DNA from: an uncultured Nocardioides sp.
GTDB taxonomy: Bacteria > Actinomycetota > Actinomycetes > Propionibacteriales > Nocardioidaceae
DNA length: 64,000 nt
Direction of reading: 5' to 3'
Assembly (NCBI GenBank): GCA_902805885.1
Contig: CADCUM010000027.1
Span: 35,458 to 99,457 of the forward strand
The notes under the pieces were generated by a model. That model did not search any database, had not been told where the DNA came from, and was given only the letters and a program-made list of their open reading frames with translations. The position numbers and the translations under genes were made by a program. Positions 50,327 through 60,261 of the stretch are shown one piece after another. Every line of letters begins with the position of its first letter. Position 1 is the stretch's first letter.

Positions 50327-50961
50327 GAGCGGTCCAGGTGTGATGGTGGGAGGCCGGGGGACCTTCTCAGGAGAGCAGCGTCAGCGGCCCGTGTCCATGC
50401 AGCGATGTGCTAGATCTCGGGTTCGAAACCTTCCCTAGTGCCGCTCCGTCGTCACCTGCTCCCGTCGCAACTGGGCGAAGAGTTGACCCCCTCGCGGAGG
50501 CGCACGCGCCCCCAGCGGGACAGCCTCAAGAACGGCGCAAGCCCTCAGCGAGGGCGTCGACTTCACTCGTGCGCCCGACGCCCACGCCGGCCTCCCCCGC
50601 CGTGTGGGCGTTGCATGTCGGTACCTTCGTGCCGGCGTACGCGCTCCGTGCCAGGCCGTCCTACGGACTTGACCGAAGATGTCCGGTTCGTGGGTGGCAG
50701 GCGCCCGACGCTTCTCCATAGCGTGTCGGAGATGGCGAGGTCGCCTGCGAGCGTCGGTGCCACCGATGGGCGCCGTTGCTCGCTGCCGACGTGCCGCTGA
50801 CTACGAAGCCGCTCTCACGTAGATCCTCGCCAGCCGGTCCTACGCCTGAGGCAGAACATGAGCCCGACGCACTGTCGTCGTGGCTCCCAGCCACTCCCGG
50901 CCATGCCGGCCGTCCCCGTCCGGTCGGACGCTGCGATCCCGTTCTCGGAGAAGGACCCACC

Positions 50962-51456
50962 ATGAGCCGACCCGCTCGCGCCATCCCCATCGTCGTGCTG
51001 AGTGCTGCACTGCTGGCGCCGCTGCCCCCCGCCACAGCCGAGCCGCCCACGCCCGTCGACCCGACGCCGGAGGTGCTCGCGGCCGGGGAGGCGTGCCAGT
51101 TCGCCATCTCCGTGACGTCGACCGGCAAGGTAGGCGGCATCGACCTGCCCAACAACCCTCGGTTCTTCGCCATCGCGCCGTCCCCGGGGTTGAAGCTGAC
51201 CGTCACGAACCTCGACGAGCCAGCCAACACGGTCGAGGTCAATGCCACCGGCGCTTTCCGCTACGTGGCGCTCGCCGGCGGCGGGACCGTGATCCGGGCG
51301 AGCGGCCACAACCTCCTGTACGCGCTGCCCGGAATCGGTGCGACCGCGCTGGCCACGACCGGTCCGGTCACCATCACCATCTCCGCCGACGGAGAGCCGA
51401 CGGCCATCGATGTGAGCCGGGCACGCGTGCGGGACCTCTGTGCGGAGCTGTCATGA
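50962..51456 (+). CDS. secreted hypothetical protein
   Basis: AAGGA RBS; signal peptide; AGEACQF...DLCAELS Cys pair. Confidence 0.7.
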   Translation: MSRPARAIPIVVLSAALLAPLPPATAEPPTPVDPTPEVLAAGEACQFAISVTSTGKVGGIDLPNNPRFFAIAPSPGLKLTVTNLDEPANTVEVNATGAFRYVALAGGGTVIRASGHNLLYALPGIGATALATTGPVTITISADGEPTAIDVSRARVRDLCAELS

Positions 51457-51493
51457 CCCGTGTGAACACCTGCACCGAGAGGGAGACGAAGGG

Positions 51494-52237
51494 ATGCCCA
51501 TGAAGATGCTCCTCGTCGGGGCCGGAATGGCGACGGCAGTGGCAGTCCTGTCGCTTGCTCCTGTGTCGGGTGCTGCCGCCCCGGTCGGAGCGCCATCGTC
51601 CGGCGCGGCACTGTGCTTCGGCCTGGTTCCGACTGTTGTGGGGACCGACGGAGCCGACACGCTTGTCGGCGATCCCGCCGTCGTCGACGTCATCCACGGG
51701 GGTGCGGGCAACGACACGATCCTCGGAGTCGGCGACCAGGACTGGCCCGGTGGGTCCGGCGACATCCTGTGCGGCGGCCCCGGCGATGACCGGGTCATGG
51801 GCTCTGCCGGGCCCGACAGGATCAGCGGCGGCGGCGGGAACGACTTCGTCGACGGCTGGGGGTCGGACGACCGCATCCGAGGTGGGTGGGGAGACGACAG
51901 GTTGAGGGACTTCTCCTGCGCGGACTGTGACGCCGGCGACGACGTCATGAGTGGTGGGGCGGGGAACGACCACATCTCCGGTGCGTTCGGGAACGACAGA
52001 CTGTCCGGACAAGGCGGAGACGACGACCTCGTCGACCAGGAGTGCAGCGAGACCTACCTGTCAGGTGGCACCGGCGACGACTCCTTCCGCTCCGTGGGCT
52101 CCTCGCTCTATCCCGAATGGACCTGTGAGGGCGTGGCCGACCGTGTCGTGGGAGGCGATGACGTCGACGAGGCGACGGTCAACCGGTCCGACATCGTGGA
52201 GATGGTCGAGCTCGTCACACTCCCACCGCCGTCCTGA
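51494..52237 (+). CDS. secreted hemolysin-type calcium-binding repeat protein
   Basis: Signal peptide; repeated GGxGxD nonapeptides (GGAGND, GGPGDD, GGGGND, GGTGDD). Confidence 0.85.
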   Translation: MPMKMLLVGAGMATAVAVLSLAPVSGAAAPVGAPSSGAALCFGLVPTVVGTDGADTLVGDPAVVDVIHGGAGNDTILGVGDQDWPGGSGDILCGGPGDDRVMGSAGPDRISGGGGNDFVDGWGSDDRIRGGWGDDRLRDFSCADCDAGDDVMSGGAGNDHISGAFGNDRLSGQGGDDDLVDQECSETYLSGGTGDDSFRSVGSSLYPEWTCEGVADRVVGGDDVDEATVNRSDIVEMVELVTLPPPS

Positions 52238-52292
52238 GCCCGACCCACGACGTACACCCTGTTGTCGCGTGCGTACGCGCCTGGCTTCCTCC

Positions 52293-52484
52293 TCAGCCGG
52301 CGGAGCCCACGCTGAGGGCGGTGATCCGCTCCGTCGAGACGTAGTTGGCGGCGGCGCCGAAGCACGAGAGCGTCACGTCGGTCGTCGACGAGGTGCTGAA
52401 CACGATCCGGTTGTACATCAGCTCGTACGCGTAGCCGGGCCCGGCGTTGGTGACGAGCTGCTCGTCGGGGTGGCGTGACAGCAT
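52293..52484 (-). pseudogene. probable 3' gene fragment
   Basis: High-GC3, protein-like 63 codons (YELMYNRIVFSTSSTTDVTLSCFG...ITALSVG) with no RBS; abuts the divergent gene start 7 nt away. Confidence 0.4.
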
Positions 52485-52490
52485 CTGTCC

Positions 52491-53024
52491 ATGACCGGGC
52501 GAGCCCTCCTCGATGCCGAGGCCGAGCGACTCCGCCGAGCCCCGTTCACCTACGGCGACGTCGGCTCCACGCGCACCGGCACGTTGCCGGACGGATACGG
52601 GCACCTGCAGCGCAGCACGGTCGTCGGCTCCGGGACAGCGCGCTTCGAACGCGCCGCGCAGGCCGTGCTCGGGTGGGACATGCATCGCCGGGCCGGGCTG
52701 CGCGTACGACCCTCGGACGAGCAGGTCGTCCAGGACGCGGTCGCTGTCGTTCGAGTGGGCGTGGGGCGTCTCGGCTTGGACGCCCCGGTGCGGGTGGTCT
52801 ACGTCATCGACGAAGCGCAGCGTCAGGGGTTCGCCTACGGCACCCTTCCCGGACACCCCGAGAGTGGCGAGGAAGCCTTCGTGGTGGAGCAGCACGAGGA
52901 CGGCACCGTCACCTTCGCCATCACCGCCTTCTCCCGCCCAGCCACCCTGCTCGCTCGGCTCGGGGGTCCGGTGGGTCGCGCAGTCCAGTCCCGAGTCACG
53001 GACCGGTACCTGAGGGCGGTCTGA
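52491..53024 (+). CDS. DUF1990 family protein
   Basis: FTYGDVGST, GFAYGTLPGHPESGEEAF and AFSRP. Confidence 0.88.
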   Translation: MTGRALLDAEAERLRRAPFTYGDVGSTRTGTLPDGYGHLQRSTVVGSGTARFERAAQAVLGWDMHRRAGLRVRPSDEQVVQDAVAVVRVGVGRLGLDAPVRVVYVIDEAQRQGFAYGTLPGHPESGEEAFVVEQHEDGTVTFAITAFSRPATLLARLGGPVGRAVQSRVTDRYLRAV

Positions 53025-53054
53025 CCCGTCCGCTCGGCAATGTCCTGCTCGCCG

Positions 53055-53312
53055 CTACCCGCTGGTGAGCCGCTCGATCAGCGAGAACACGCCCACCAGC
53101 AGCACGACGGACACCGTGAGGACGACGAGGTACGCGGCCAGGCCGGCTTCGAAGCGTGTCGACCCGCCGTCGCCGTCGTAGTAGTTGCGCGAGGCCTCGA
53201 GGGCGTCCGGGTCCCCTGCCCGCAGCTTGGCGTCGTACTCCTCGGCCAACGCCTGCATGGCGGCGTCACGTGCAGCTGCGCGGTCCCGACGTCTCGACAG
53301 CCAACCCCGCAT
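53055..53312 (-). CDS. small C-terminally anchored membrane protein
   Basis: TACGAT -10 7 nt before ATG; single C-terminal TM. Confidence 0.55.
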   Translation of the reverse strand: MRGWLSRRRDRAAARDAAMQALAEEYDAKLRAGDPDALEASRNYYDGDGGSTRFEAGLAAYLVVLTVSVVLLVGVFSLIERLTSG

Positions 53313-53354
53313 GCCGGGCATCGTAGAGCGCTGCGCCTCGGCGCGGGTGGAGCT

Positions 53355-54164
53355 TCAGCCGCGCTCCTCGGCGATGCTGTTGCCACCGTCGACCAGGAGG
53401 CACTGGCCCGTCACGAACGACGACCCCGGCGTGCACAGGAAGGCGATGGCGGCCGCGACCTCGTCGGGCGTGGCGCTCCGCCCGACAGGGGTGCGGCGGC
53501 CCTGGACCACCTCGTCGGCCGTCTGGCTGCCGGTCGCGATCCAGCCGGGCGCCACGGCGTTGGCCGTCACACCGTCGGCGGCGTAGTCGAGCCCCACGGA
53601 CCGCGCGAGACCGACCATGCCCGCCTTCGCCGCGGCGTACGCCGCCTCGTCGCGCATCGCCATGACCGGGCCGGTCACCGAGGCGACCATCACGACACGG
53701 CCCCACCCCAGCTGTCGCATGCCGGGCAGGACGGCTCGGGTGGCCAGGAACGCGGTGTCGAGGTTCCGAGCCAGCGAGCCTCGCCACTGCGGGTAGGAGA
53801 GGTCGCCCGCCGGTCCGGACTCCGTCGCGTCGCCGGACGGACCGGGGAGAGCCGGCGCACTCACGCTGGTCATGCCCGCGTTGTTCACCAGGACCGAAGG
53901 CGGACCGAGCACGTCGACCACCCGCGCGTGTGCGTCGCGCACCTGCTCCTCGTCGGTGAGGTCCGCCACCACGCCCACCGCTCGTACGCCCTCGTGCTCC
54001 AGCTCCGCAGCCCGGTCGAGGGCGCGGACCGAGGTGGCCGCCACGGCGACGTCCGCCCCGAGAGCCCCGAGCAGCCGCGCCGTCGCGAGCCCGATCCCGT
54101 CCGGGGCACCAGCTCCCGTGACCCATGCGACCCGGCCCTTGAGGCTGAAGGGAGCTGGCAGCAT
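53355..54164 (-). CDS. SDR family oxidoreductase (FabG-like)
   Basis: TGAGAPDGIG, NNAG, YAAAK and NAVAPG. Confidence 0.9.
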   Translation of the reverse strand: MLPAPFSLKGRVAWVTGAGAPDGIGLATARLLGALGADVAVAATSVRALDRAAELEHEGVRAVGVVADLTDEEQVRDAHARVVDVLGPPSVLVNNAGMTSVSAPALPGPSGDATESGPAGDLSYPQWRGSLARNLDTAFLATRAVLPGMRQLGWGRVVMVASVTGPVMAMRDEAAYAAAKAGMVGLARSVGLDYAADGVTANAVAPGWIATGSQTADEVVQGRRTPVGRSATPDEVAAAIAFLCTPGSSFVTGQCLLVDGGNSIAEERG

Positions 54165-54195
54165 GCGCGAACCTTCGTGTCCTGCCGGCGTCGGG

Positions 54196-56634
54196 TCAAG
54201 CACCGCGTCCGCGGGCGCGCACCATCCGCAGCACCTCTTCGGACCGCTCGGTGAGCGCGCCGACCACGACGGGCGCCGCCTTCTCCGCCGCGACCGCGCG
54301 GGCTCGGGCCACCCACGCCTCGTCGATCGCGAACACCGGCAGGAGGCCGTCGGTGAGTGCCAGGCCGGGGACCATCCCGCCCTCGTGGAGGGTGGGCAGC
54401 GCCTCGAGGTAGCGCTCGGCGTACGGCGCCAGCACGTCGTCCTGCCCGGGCCGCCAGAAGGCTGTCCCGACCGTGCGGGCGGTCTGGATGGGAACGGTGC
54501 GCTCCACCACCGCGGTCCACGCCTCCTCCTTGGCCTCGGCGGAGGGTGAGCTCGCCCGCACGCAGAGCGCGCGGACCCAGGCGTCGGGATCGGGGTCGCG
54601 GTCCTGGAGGGCCGCCACCGCACCGGCGTCCACGTCGCCGAGCTCGGCCCGGCGCTGGAGGACGTACCACTGCAGGTCGAGGTCGTCGCCGGCCTGCTCG
54701 CGCAGCGCGTCGAGGTCCTCGTCGCCCGTCGCGGTCCGGGCCAGGGTGCGCAGCGCCGAGTGCCGTGACACGCCTGCGTCCACCATCCGACGTGCCGCGG
54801 CCGCCACCTCCGCCTCGAGGGCGACGCGCTGCGACTCCGGAGCCCACCGCTGGGCGGCGGCGAGGGCGAGACCCAGGCACGGCTCCGCGACCGTCTCCAC
54901 CGTCTCCACCGACAGCACGTCGGTCAACGCGCCGACGGCCTCGGCGGCGGTGGCCTCGGCGTTGGCGAGCATGTCCCACACGGTCGCCATCGCGACGGCG
55001 CGGGTCAGCGTCGTCGGAAGACCCGAGGGGCGGCCGATCAGCACGGCGCGCCCGTCGGCGTCGGGTCGGGTGGTGGCGAAGGTGGTGTCGTCGTGGTTGA
55101 CCAGGTAGAGGTCGGCCTCGGGCAGCCCCTCGACGGGGGTGCGCTCGCCGGCCACCTCCACGACGGCGGAGCCCACCTCCTCGAGCACATCACCCGCGCG
55201 GCGGTAGGCACCGACGCCCACGACCTGCGGGTGGGGGGCACCGTGGGCGCCGGCGGCGGTGAGCACCAGGCCCTCGTCGGTGTCCTCGATGCCCAGCCGG
55301 TCGACGCCCGCGGTCTCCAGCCACGCCGTACGCCACGGCTGGAGGTCGCGACCGCTGGCGCGCTCGAGGGAGCCGACCAGGTCGTCCAGGGTGGTGTTGC
55401 CCCAGGCGTGCTCGGCGAAGTAGCCGGTCATGCCCGCGCAGAACGTCTCCTCGCCGACGTAGTGCATCAGCTGCTTGAGCACCGCCGCGCCCTTGGGATA
55501 GGTGATGGCGTCGAAGATCGACTCGGCGTCGGCCACGGTCGGCACCGGCTGCCGGATCGGGTGCGAGCTGGGTCCCTGGTCGGCGAGGTAGGCGTCCAGC
55601 TTCTCCCCCACCAGGTTGTTGGCGGCGGTGTCGCCGTAGACCGTGGCCCGCTCAGCCGCCCACATGCAGGCGAACTGGGCGAACGCCTCGTTGAGCCAGA
55701 GGTCGTCCCACCAGCGCATGGTGACGATGTTGCCGAACCACATGTGCGCCATCTCGTGCAGCAGCACGTTGGCGAAGAACTGCCACTCGCTGGTGGTCGG
55801 CTCGTGCCTGCGCAGGATGGAGTCGGCCCACGTGACGCAGCCGTAGTTCTCCATCGCGCCGCCGAACTCGGGCAGGAACACCTGGTCGTACGAGCGCTGC
55901 GGGAAGGGCATGCCGAAGCGCTCGCCGAAGAACTCCAGGCCCTGCGCGGTGAGCGTGAACAGCTGCTCGGCGTCTCGCTCGAGCGCGGAGGCCAGGGTCC
56001 GGCGGGCGTAGAGCCCGAGGTCGTAGCCACCGGCCTGACGGCGGAGCTCGGCGAACGGGCCGGCCACCACCACCGGGTTGTACGTCGAGAGCGGCGGGGT
56101 GGCCTCGAACGTCCACCGCCGCCCGCCGTCGACGTCCTCGACCACCGGGTCGCCGGAGTTGCTCACGACGGTCCAGGCCGCCGGCGCGGTGACCGTGAAG
56201 GCGTGCGGCGCCTTGAGGTCGGGCTGGTCGAAGCAGGCCCAGGCGTAGCGCGCCTCGTCGGGCTCGAACGTGGTCCACAGGTAGACGTTGTCGTCGCCGG
56301 GGTCGACGGCTCGGTGCACCCCGCGCCCGTGCGTGGTGTCGCTCTGCACGGTGGCCACCACCAGCTCGTTCTCCTCGGCGAGGTCGGCCAACACGATCCG
56401 GCCCTCCTCGGCCGCGGGCAGCGGCTCGCCGTTCAACGTGGCCGACTCCACCTCCGCGCAGCAGTCGACGAACGTCGACGCCCCTGGGGTGCCCGTGAAG
56501 CGGACCGTGCTGACGGCGCGGAAGGCGGGGCCGTCGACGAGGCCGGTGAGATCGATGGCGATGTCGTAGGAGGTGACCGACAGCAGCGCCGCGCGCTGGA
56601 CGGCCTCCTCCTGCCGAAGACTGCGGACGGGCAC
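54196..56634 (-). CDS. pepN: aminopeptidase N (M1)
   Basis: FDQPDLKA, GAMEN, HEMAHMWFG...WLNE and ITYPKGA. Confidence 0.93.
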   Translation of the reverse strand: MPVRSLRQEEAVQRAALLSVTSYDIAIDLTGLVDGPAFRAVSTVRFTGTPGASTFVDCCAEVESATLNGEPLPAAEEGRIVLADLAEENELVVATVQSDTTHGRGVHRAVDPGDDNVYLWTTFEPDEARYAWACFDQPDLKAPHAFTVTAPAAWTVVSNSGDPVVEDVDGGRRWTFEATPPLSTYNPVVVAGPFAELRRQAGGYDLGLYARRTLASALERDAEQLFTLTAQGLEFFGERFGMPFPQRSYDQVFLPEFGGAMENYGCVTWADSILRRHEPTTSEWQFFANVLLHEMAHMWFGNIVTMRWWDDLWLNEAFAQFACMWAAERATVYGDTAANNLVGEKLDAYLADQGPSSHPIRQPVPTVADAESIFDAITYPKGAAVLKQLMHYVGEETFCAGMTGYFAEHAWGNTTLDDLVGSLERASGRDLQPWRTAWLETAGVDRLGIEDTDEGLVLTAAGAHGAPHPQVVGVGAYRRAGDVLEEVGSAVVEVAGERTPVEGLPEADLYLVNHDDTTFATTRPDADGRAVLIGRPSGLPTTLTRAVAMATVWDMLANAEATAAEAVGALTDVLSVETVETVAEPCLGLALAAAQRWAPESQRVALEAEVAAAARRMVDAGVSRHSALRTLARTATGDEDLDALREQAGDDLDLQWYVLQRRAELGDVDAGAVAALQDRDPDPDAWVRALCVRASSPSAEAKEEAWTAVVERTVPIQTARTVGTAFWRPGQDDVLAPYAERYLEALPTLHEGGMVPGLALTDGLLPVFAIDEAWVARARAVAAEKAAPVVVGALTERSEEVLRMVRARGRGA

Positions 56635-56839
56635 GGGCGTGGTCCTCGCTCGAGGTCAGGTGCTGCGGACGACGCCCCGGACGAGCGACTCGTGCAGCCT
56701 AGGCGAGGGGGTCCACCTGGGCACCGCCCCGTGGGAGGTCTTGTCGCGGTCGGGTGGCACGGGCGGGGGCGTGTGCGACGGATGGCGCAGAAGGGGGCCG
56801 GTGCTCTGCGTAGGGCGGACCGAGCGGAGGACTAAGCCC

Positions 56840-56859
56840 ATTCCGCCGCCTGTCGGCGC
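56840..56859 (+). repeat. intergenic motif, copy 1
   Basis: attccgccgcctgtcggcgc; 17/19 identical to 58305-58323. Confidence 0.6.
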
Positions 56860-56988
56860 GGCTCGAACATCCGGACGTGCCGGTGCGCTCACGTACCGCG
56901 CTTCTTGTCGCGTCCCACCTGGCCACGCTCGCCTGCGCGCCGACCTCGGCGGAATCGGACGTCCTACAACCTGACGTATCGTCGATGG

Positions 56989-57609
56989 ATGGACCCTCCA
57001 GAGCGGTTCCACCGCGTCCAACATGAGTCGTTGGAGCTGGGCTCGCCACGCGGGCTGACTTGGAAGGTCCACTCGGCCTGGCGACGTCGGGGTGCCGTCA
57101 TCCTCTCGGCACTGGTCGGTGTTGCCGGCGGTGCCGCGGCGGTCCTGACGTGGGAAGGGCGGTACGACGATCGACCATCCGAGAGCCAGCGGTCGGCCCG
57201 TACTGCGGCCCAGGAGACCCCGGTGAGGCTGGTGCTGGGCGGCGTGTCGTCAGGGGCGCCTCGAGGCGGCTACCTGTCCGTCGAGGCTGTGCTGCTGCAC
57301 GACCGGGGAACAGGCACTGCGACAGTGAGGCGGATCCATCGGCCCGGCACGAGCCTTTCGATCCGAGTTCCTGAGCTACCGGTGACGCTCTCCGCCAACC
57401 ATCCCTACGAGCGAGTGCACGTCCGCATAGCCCCCCGAGACTGTGTGCTCGCGACCGTGTGGACCCCAAGCGCCCAGCCGCTGACGCTCAGCTGGGAGGA
57501 CGAGCACGGAACCCTTCGATCGGGCATCGGCGGCGACCATGATGCCCCCATCGAGTTGTCGCTGATCCGGCACATGAGTGCCGTCTGTGATGACCCACCC
57601 GAGCAGTGA
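56989..57609 (+). CDS. membrane-anchored hypothetical protein
   Basis: RRRG followed by a TM, then a beta-rich domain with two Cys; atypical codons. Confidence 0.65.
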   Translation: MDPPERFHRVQHESLELGSPRGLTWKVHSAWRRRGAVILSALVGVAGGAAAVLTWEGRYDDRPSESQRSARTAAQETPVRLVLGGVSSGAPRGGYLSVEAVLLHDRGTGTATVRRIHRPGTSLSIRVPELPVTLSANHPYERVHVRIAPRDCVLATVWTPSAQPLTLSWEDEHGTLRSGIGGDHDAPIELSLIRHMSAVCDDPPEQ

Positions 57610-57712
57610 GCCGGCCCGAGCCGAACCGAACAGCGTCGCCGACGTCCGCAGTGGCGACGGCGACGTCCGTCGGAGGGTGGGATGTATCGGCCGTTGCTGC
57701 GGCTGGAAGTGA

Positions 57713-57736
57713 GTGCGTCGTACCGCCGCACGTCGG
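57713..57736 (+). repeat. intergenic motif, copy 2
   Basis: gtgcgtcgtaccgccgcacgtcgg; 20/24 identical to 58297-58320. Confidence 0.65.
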
Positions 57737-57860
57737 ACATCCGGAAGGGCCTCCCTCTGTTTCGAGAAGGCCGGAGCTCCGGCGGCGATGAGCGTGGTCG
57801 ACGTCGGATACGTTGAGCATGACGTCCCTCGATCGGCTCGGAGCTTCGGAAGGCGGTGAC

Positions 57861-58265
57861 ATGGAGCGCGTGACCGGCATCGGCGGCTTCTTCTTCAAGA
57901 CGAGCGACCCGGACCGCAGCGCAGCGTGGTACGCGAAGCACTTGGGAGTCGAACCGCCTCCGCCTTCATACGAGACGTCTTCGTGGTGGCAGGAGTCAGG
58001 TCCCACTGTGTTTGCCGGGATGCCGATGGGTTCCGACCACTTCGACGGCGCGGAGCGTTCATGGTCGATCAATTTCCGAGTTGCCGACCTCGACAAGATG
58101 GTCGACCAACTGCGTAGGGCAGGGGTAGAGGTCGACGTGGACCCCGAGGAATACCCCAACGGCCGGTTCGCGAACCTTCGCGACCCAGACGGCAACGGCG
58201 TTCAGCTCTGGCAGGCTGCCGGAGCCGACGCCACGGGTCCCGTCTCGCGCGCAGCGCTCGACTGA
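57861..58265 (+). CDS. VOC/glyoxalase family protein
   Basis: MERVTGIGGFFF, INFRVADLD and GRFANLRDPDGNGVQLW. Confidence 0.9.
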   Translation: MERVTGIGGFFFKTSDPDRSAAWYAKHLGVEPPPPSYETSSWWQESGPTVFAGMPMGSDHFDGAERSWSINFRVADLDKMVDQLRRAGVEVDVDPEEYPNGRFANLRDPDGNGVQLWQAAGADATGPVSRAALD

Positions 58266-58296
58266 GTGCCCATGGACGGCTCAACTGCCGCGATGG

Positions 58297-58323
58297 GTGC
58301 GTCTTACCGCCGCCTGTCCGCGC
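58297..58323 (+). repeat. intergenic motif, copy 3
   Basis: gtgcgtcttaccgccgcctgtccgcgc. Confidence 0.65.
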
Positions 58324-58378
58324 CCGCCAGTATCGGATCCCTCGCTGTGGGGGTCGTCGGCCAGATGCGGTTTCGAAC

Positions 58379-58681
58379 GTGACCAACGGCTCGGTTGACG
58401 ACCTACTCCGATTGCTGGCCGATGCGGTGAAGCTTCTGGAAGGGTCCGGCGAGGAGCACTGGGCGGCTTCGCTGCGACACGACCTGGACCGCCTGACTCG
58501 GGGCGACGGGTACGCGGTCGATCACCTTCTGAATGGATACGGCGGAATGGGCAGCATCAACGACGTGGTGATCAGCCCGCACAACGGTCACGGAGCCAGC
58601 GAAGACGACGGCGAGGTGGCCACCGCTCGGTTGCGAACGCTGCTCAGCACGATCTACGACAACGCGAAGGACCTGCGGTAA
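58379..58681 (+). CDS. small helical protein with GGMGS.ND motif (DUF6966-like)
   Basis: GEEHWA...YGGMGSINDVVI. Confidence 0.7.
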   Translation: MTNGSVDDLLRLLADAVKLLEGSGEEHWAASLRHDLDRLTRGDGYAVDHLLNGYGGMGSINDVVISPHNGHGASEDDGEVATARLRTLLSTIYDNAKDLR

Positions 58682-58771
58682 CCATCGGATCGGCCACGAT
58701 GCGGGGGTTGTCCAGGTCCGTCTTGTCGCCGCGTTTGCACCCCTCGCCCTGCCCACGACCCGGTCGACCCC

Positions 58772-60256
58772 TCAGGACGCGTCGAGGTCCAGCCCTGCGT
58801 CGGTGTAGTAGATCTCCACGCCGTCCGACGCGGCGCCTGCCATGAGGTCGCCCTGACCACGGGTCAACCGGTGCGTGCCGCGGTGGTCGACGAGGTACGC
58901 CTGGCCGTGCGGGGTGCGCCAGAGATGGCGTCCTGGTCCGACCACCACGCAGCGGTAGCCGCCGCGGGTCTTCCAACGATGGTGTCGGCGGCGCAGCGGG
59001 CCACTGTTGTGGGGCCCGGTCTGGCCGGGTGGGCCGCCCTTGTCCGGCGGGACGTAGGGCCGGACGTGGTCGAAGTCGACGGCGTTCCGGGTCGCGGTGC
59101 GAGGGCTGTAGGGGAAGACGTCTCCGCCGGTCTGGGTCCAGACGTGGTCCTTGACGACCTCGGGGTGCTCGTAGGCGTCGGCCCGGCGCCGCATCGCGAG
59201 GTCGAGGACCGGGGTGACGGTGACGTCGGCGTGGCCGAGGACCTCGTGGAGCTGGGCGACCGGGACGGGGCCGACACCCTCGACGCGGGCGAGCCCGACA
59301 CCCGACCGCAGGGCGGCGTCGGTGACGTGGACGAACAGCTGGCCACGCCCGCGCAGGCCCGCGAGCCGGCGAGCGGGCAACGCGCAGAGACGCGTGACCG
59401 TGTCGCTCAGGTGGTCCGGCGCCCAGGCCGGCTGGACGGGAGCGTCGGTCTCCGGGTCGACCTCGGGCCGGGTGTGCTCGAGCAGCAGCCGGAGCAGGTC
59501 GACCGGCCGGGCCAGCCAGCCGAAGGCCAGCGAGCGGAGCTCGTCGCGGTTGTGGCTCAGTCGAAGCGGTCGCCCGTCGACTCCGGGCTCGTCGGCGAGG
59601 ATGTCGGCGACCCGGTCGACCATCGCGTCGACCCAGGCGGCGTCGCCGGCCGTGATGCGGCTGATCACGCACCGGTAGCCGAACTCGTCGGCACGCGAGA
59701 GGGTCACGTAGCGCTCGTGGCGGGATCGTTCCCGCTCCGCTGCATGGGTCTGGGGGTCGGCCTCGACGACCTTCGCCCGGGCGATCTCCAGCACCGTCGA
59801 GGGGGAGTGCCCGCCGATCGCACGCGCCACCGCGGCGTCCACCACCGGCACCACCTCCGACAGCAGCCCCCGGGAGAGCACGGCGACCTTGCGGGCCACC
59901 CACGGCTCGCACTCACCGGACCGCACGATCGCCCACGTGCGGGGCAGGCGGTGGGCCAGGTCGAGGGCGTCGGCGACCAGGGCTCGCGTCGTCATCGCAT
60001 GCGTCTCACGCGCCATCGCCAGCTCCGGCACGGCGTACTCGCGCACCTCCGGCGTCCCGTCCCCACCCGGGGTCACCATCGGGTCCCGCTCGTCAGCGGG
60101 ACGACCGTGCACGACCGCCCACTGCAACGCCAGCTCCAGCTCGGCCACCTCCGCCAGACGACGCGCCCGGAGCGCTGCGGTCGCTGCGGCCAACAGGCCC
60201 GACGCGGCGAGCTCGTCGACCGCCGGCTGTGGCAGGTCGCGAGAGGCAGCGGGCAT
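58772..60256 (-). CDS. DUF222 (13E12-like) / HNH endonuclease-like protein
   Basis: [24 protein letters not shown] and DAYEHP; C-terminal DFDH...[12 protein letters not shown]...WRTPHG. Confidence 0.85.
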   Translation of the reverse strand: MPAASRDLPQPAVDELAASGLLAAATAALRARRLAEVAELELALQWAVVHGRPADERDPMVTPGGDGTPEVREYAVPELAMARETHAMTTRALVADALDLAHRLPRTWAIVRSGECEPWVARKVAVLSRGLLSEVVPVVDAAVARAIGGHSPSTVLEIARAKVVEADPQTHAAERERSRHERYVTLSRADEFGYRCVISRITAGDAAWVDAMVDRVADILADEPGVDGRPLRLSHNRDELRSLAFGWLARPVDLLRLLLEHTRPEVDPETDAPVQPAWAPDHLSDTVTRLCALPARRLAGLRGRGQLFVHVTDAALRSGVGLARVEGVGPVPVAQLHEVLGHADVTVTPVLDLAMRRRADAYEHPEVVKDHVWTQTGGDVFPYSPRTATRNAVDFDHVRPYVPPDKGGPPGQTGPHNSGPLRRRHHRWKTRGGYRCVVVGPGRHLWRTPHGQAYLVDHRGTHRLTRGQGDLMAGAASDGVEIYYTDAGLDLDAS

Positions 60257-60261
60257 GCCTC

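Noticed and set aside
50407-50800. Small ORFs of 66-120 aa in the intergenic segment
   Set aside because: Mutually overlapping, with no RBS, codon bias or motifs; at most degraded remnants
51494-52237. RTX toxin / type I secretion system
   Set aside because: Small Sec-signal protein made almost wholly of Ca-binding repeats; no toxin domain or HlyBD genes
56833-58323. Classical integron (attC array)
   Set aside because: No intI in the window and no RYYYAAC...GTTRRRY bounded palindromes seen; kept only as an integron-like analogy
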